A stretch of DNA of 62,622 nucleotides, the filler included. It is 4 parts of 4 records of this genome, joined end to end, with 100 filler letters (N's around TTAATTAATTAA, not from the genome) between each part and the next. Parts side by side here need not be neighbours in the genome. Positions count along the whole stretch, not along the records: positions 41,301 to 62,622 come from SRR16203515_313; 3 more parts are not named here. The stretch is one strand, 5' to 3'. Every line of letters starts with the position of its first letter. The first letter of the stretch is position 1. The translations under genes and the position numbers were made by a program. Positions 61,177-62,622 of the stretch are shown here, in pieces. Below the pieces are notes generated by a model. It saw nothing but the letters and a program-made list of their open reading frames with translations, searched no databases and was not told the DNA's origin.

Positions 61177-62494
61177 CTACTGTTCAAGATCAAAACTCAG
61201 TCGCATATAATTAGTTTCATAATCAAGCACACTAATCTCGTTATCTGCCATAGCGCTTCTTTCTACTAATAGCTTACGCCATTCACTTAGTGGCTTTTCC
61301 GAACCGTAGCCTCTTACGCCAATCTGCAATCTAGCGGAATAAAGAGAATCAAATTTTGCGTCTAAAGCTGTTGGCAATTTAAGATCTGGCATACTGCCTG
61401 ATGCGCCACCCCAAATAGTCCATTCAGCGTCACCATTATCGATATCGCCCGATAGCGTCATATGAGTCATCGCGACATTACTAATACCAGTAAAATCATA
61501 TTGATATGGTGCTTTACCTGTAGAGATTTCATTAAATAAAGCATATACAGCATCAGAATAACCGTTAGCGGGATCCCAAAGCATAATAGGGGAGGTTGCC
61601 CCTTCAGCTGTAACTAGATGTCGTGCAGAGCTATAGCTGTCAGCTGTCGCATTTCCTATATACTCTTGACCGTATCGCGCAGGCCAAACATAACTCTTGT
61701 TAGTCAATGTCGGGTAAACAAAAACTAAATCATCCTGGCTGTAATTACGCCAACCGTCAAACGACAGCGCATATAAGATCCGTGCGTCATATGGATTAAC
61801 ATAATCAACGGCTACCCCTTGGTGAGTGAAATCGTTCAAACTCAATGCATATTCGGTTTTATTGGTTAAATCAATACTGCCGCCGAGACTACTTTGGCCA
61901 TCGGCCGCAATCAATTGCACATCCATTGTACCCGCACCATCACACCACTCAACTGTAGGAGAACTGCTAAATGGTGTTAACTCATAGCTGCTTCCTCCCA
62001 GATAAAGCCTGCTGTCAGGCGCATCAGCAATAAGTGACTGCACAGGAAAGTCAACGTACTTACAATCACAACCAGCTTGATCATTATCATCCCAAAAATA
62101 CGTAATACCTTGATCGCCCGCTTCAACATCAACATTAGAGATCACTGTAAGAGTAGGCAGGTCATTATAATAAGATTGATTATTTGCCGTTAGTGTGAGG
62201 TGTTTAGCGTTACTCGGCCAATCTGCAGTGAGCCCGCCGTTACTATCTGTAACGTACTTAGCAATAATGTCACCTGTACTATTATGCACAAACACATCAA
62301 CACCAGCTTTTGGCTTTTCAATTCCACACCAATTACTAGTTACAGTATTTAAGGTGATTTGCGGGGCACTTCCGCCTGATGAACCACCTGAAGAACCATT
62401 ATTACCTCCAGAGTCAGATGAACTATCCCCCCCCACCACAGGCAGTTAAAACCAAAGCAGATAATGCAGTTAACGTCCATTTTTTTGCTGTCAT
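61177..62494 (-). pseudogene. beta-rich lipoprotein frameshifted in a G8 tract
   Basis: Signal peptide MTAKKWTLTALSALVLTAC from 62494 is out of frame with the 420-aa body by one extra G at 62427-62434. Confidence 0.8.
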
Positions 62495-62622
62495 ATTTTC
62501 TTCCTGAATATGTATAAACTAAGTCGTCATTTACCTAGTTTTGAATCTAAAACCTATCACTAGCAAATAAAGAGCGAAACTCCATATCACTAGCAACACA
62601 CAAGCATGTTAAATAGTTGTTT

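Overview
This window is not one contiguous locus. It is four unrelated contigs joined by 100-nt artificial linkers (44 N + TTAATTAATTAA + 44 N) at 20243-20342, 34221-34320 and 41201-41300; all organism assignments below are inferred. Contig A (1-20242) looks like Shewanella: folK-uppP-methyltransferase-L,D-transpeptidase, lpp, cca, exeAB, nhaD, hemL-pyrB, an lgt paralog, a Bax-like glucosaminidase, a cytochrome c/SorAB molybdoenzyme operon, a ClC channel and erpA. Contig B (20343-34220) looks like Alteromonadales: NhaC transporter, BlaI plus M56-TonB, katB-ankB, many small proteins, a NYN protein, ychJ, a LexA-boxed SulA-like gene and msrPQ. Contig C (34321-41200) is very AT-rich and Arcobacter/Campylobacterota-like: ackA-pta-ackA, a DEAD-box helicase and sppA with an internal stop. 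Contig D (41301-62622) looks like Shewanella again: B12 riboswitch/ABC ATPase, cobC, metH, adenine riboswitch-add, c-di-GMP-I riboswitch-M66 protease, an amino-acid ABC transporter, a Sel1 protein and a poly-G-frameshifted lipoprotein. I saw no rRNA, tRNA, CRISPR or mobile element. The best novelty candidates are an unrecognised multi-stem RNA leader upstream of the SorAB operon, an SOS-boxed SulA-like protein with an Hda-type clamp motif, a 58-aa two-Cys ORF translationally coupled to katB, and a c-di-GMP-riboswitch-controlled M66 protease with duplicated Cys modules.
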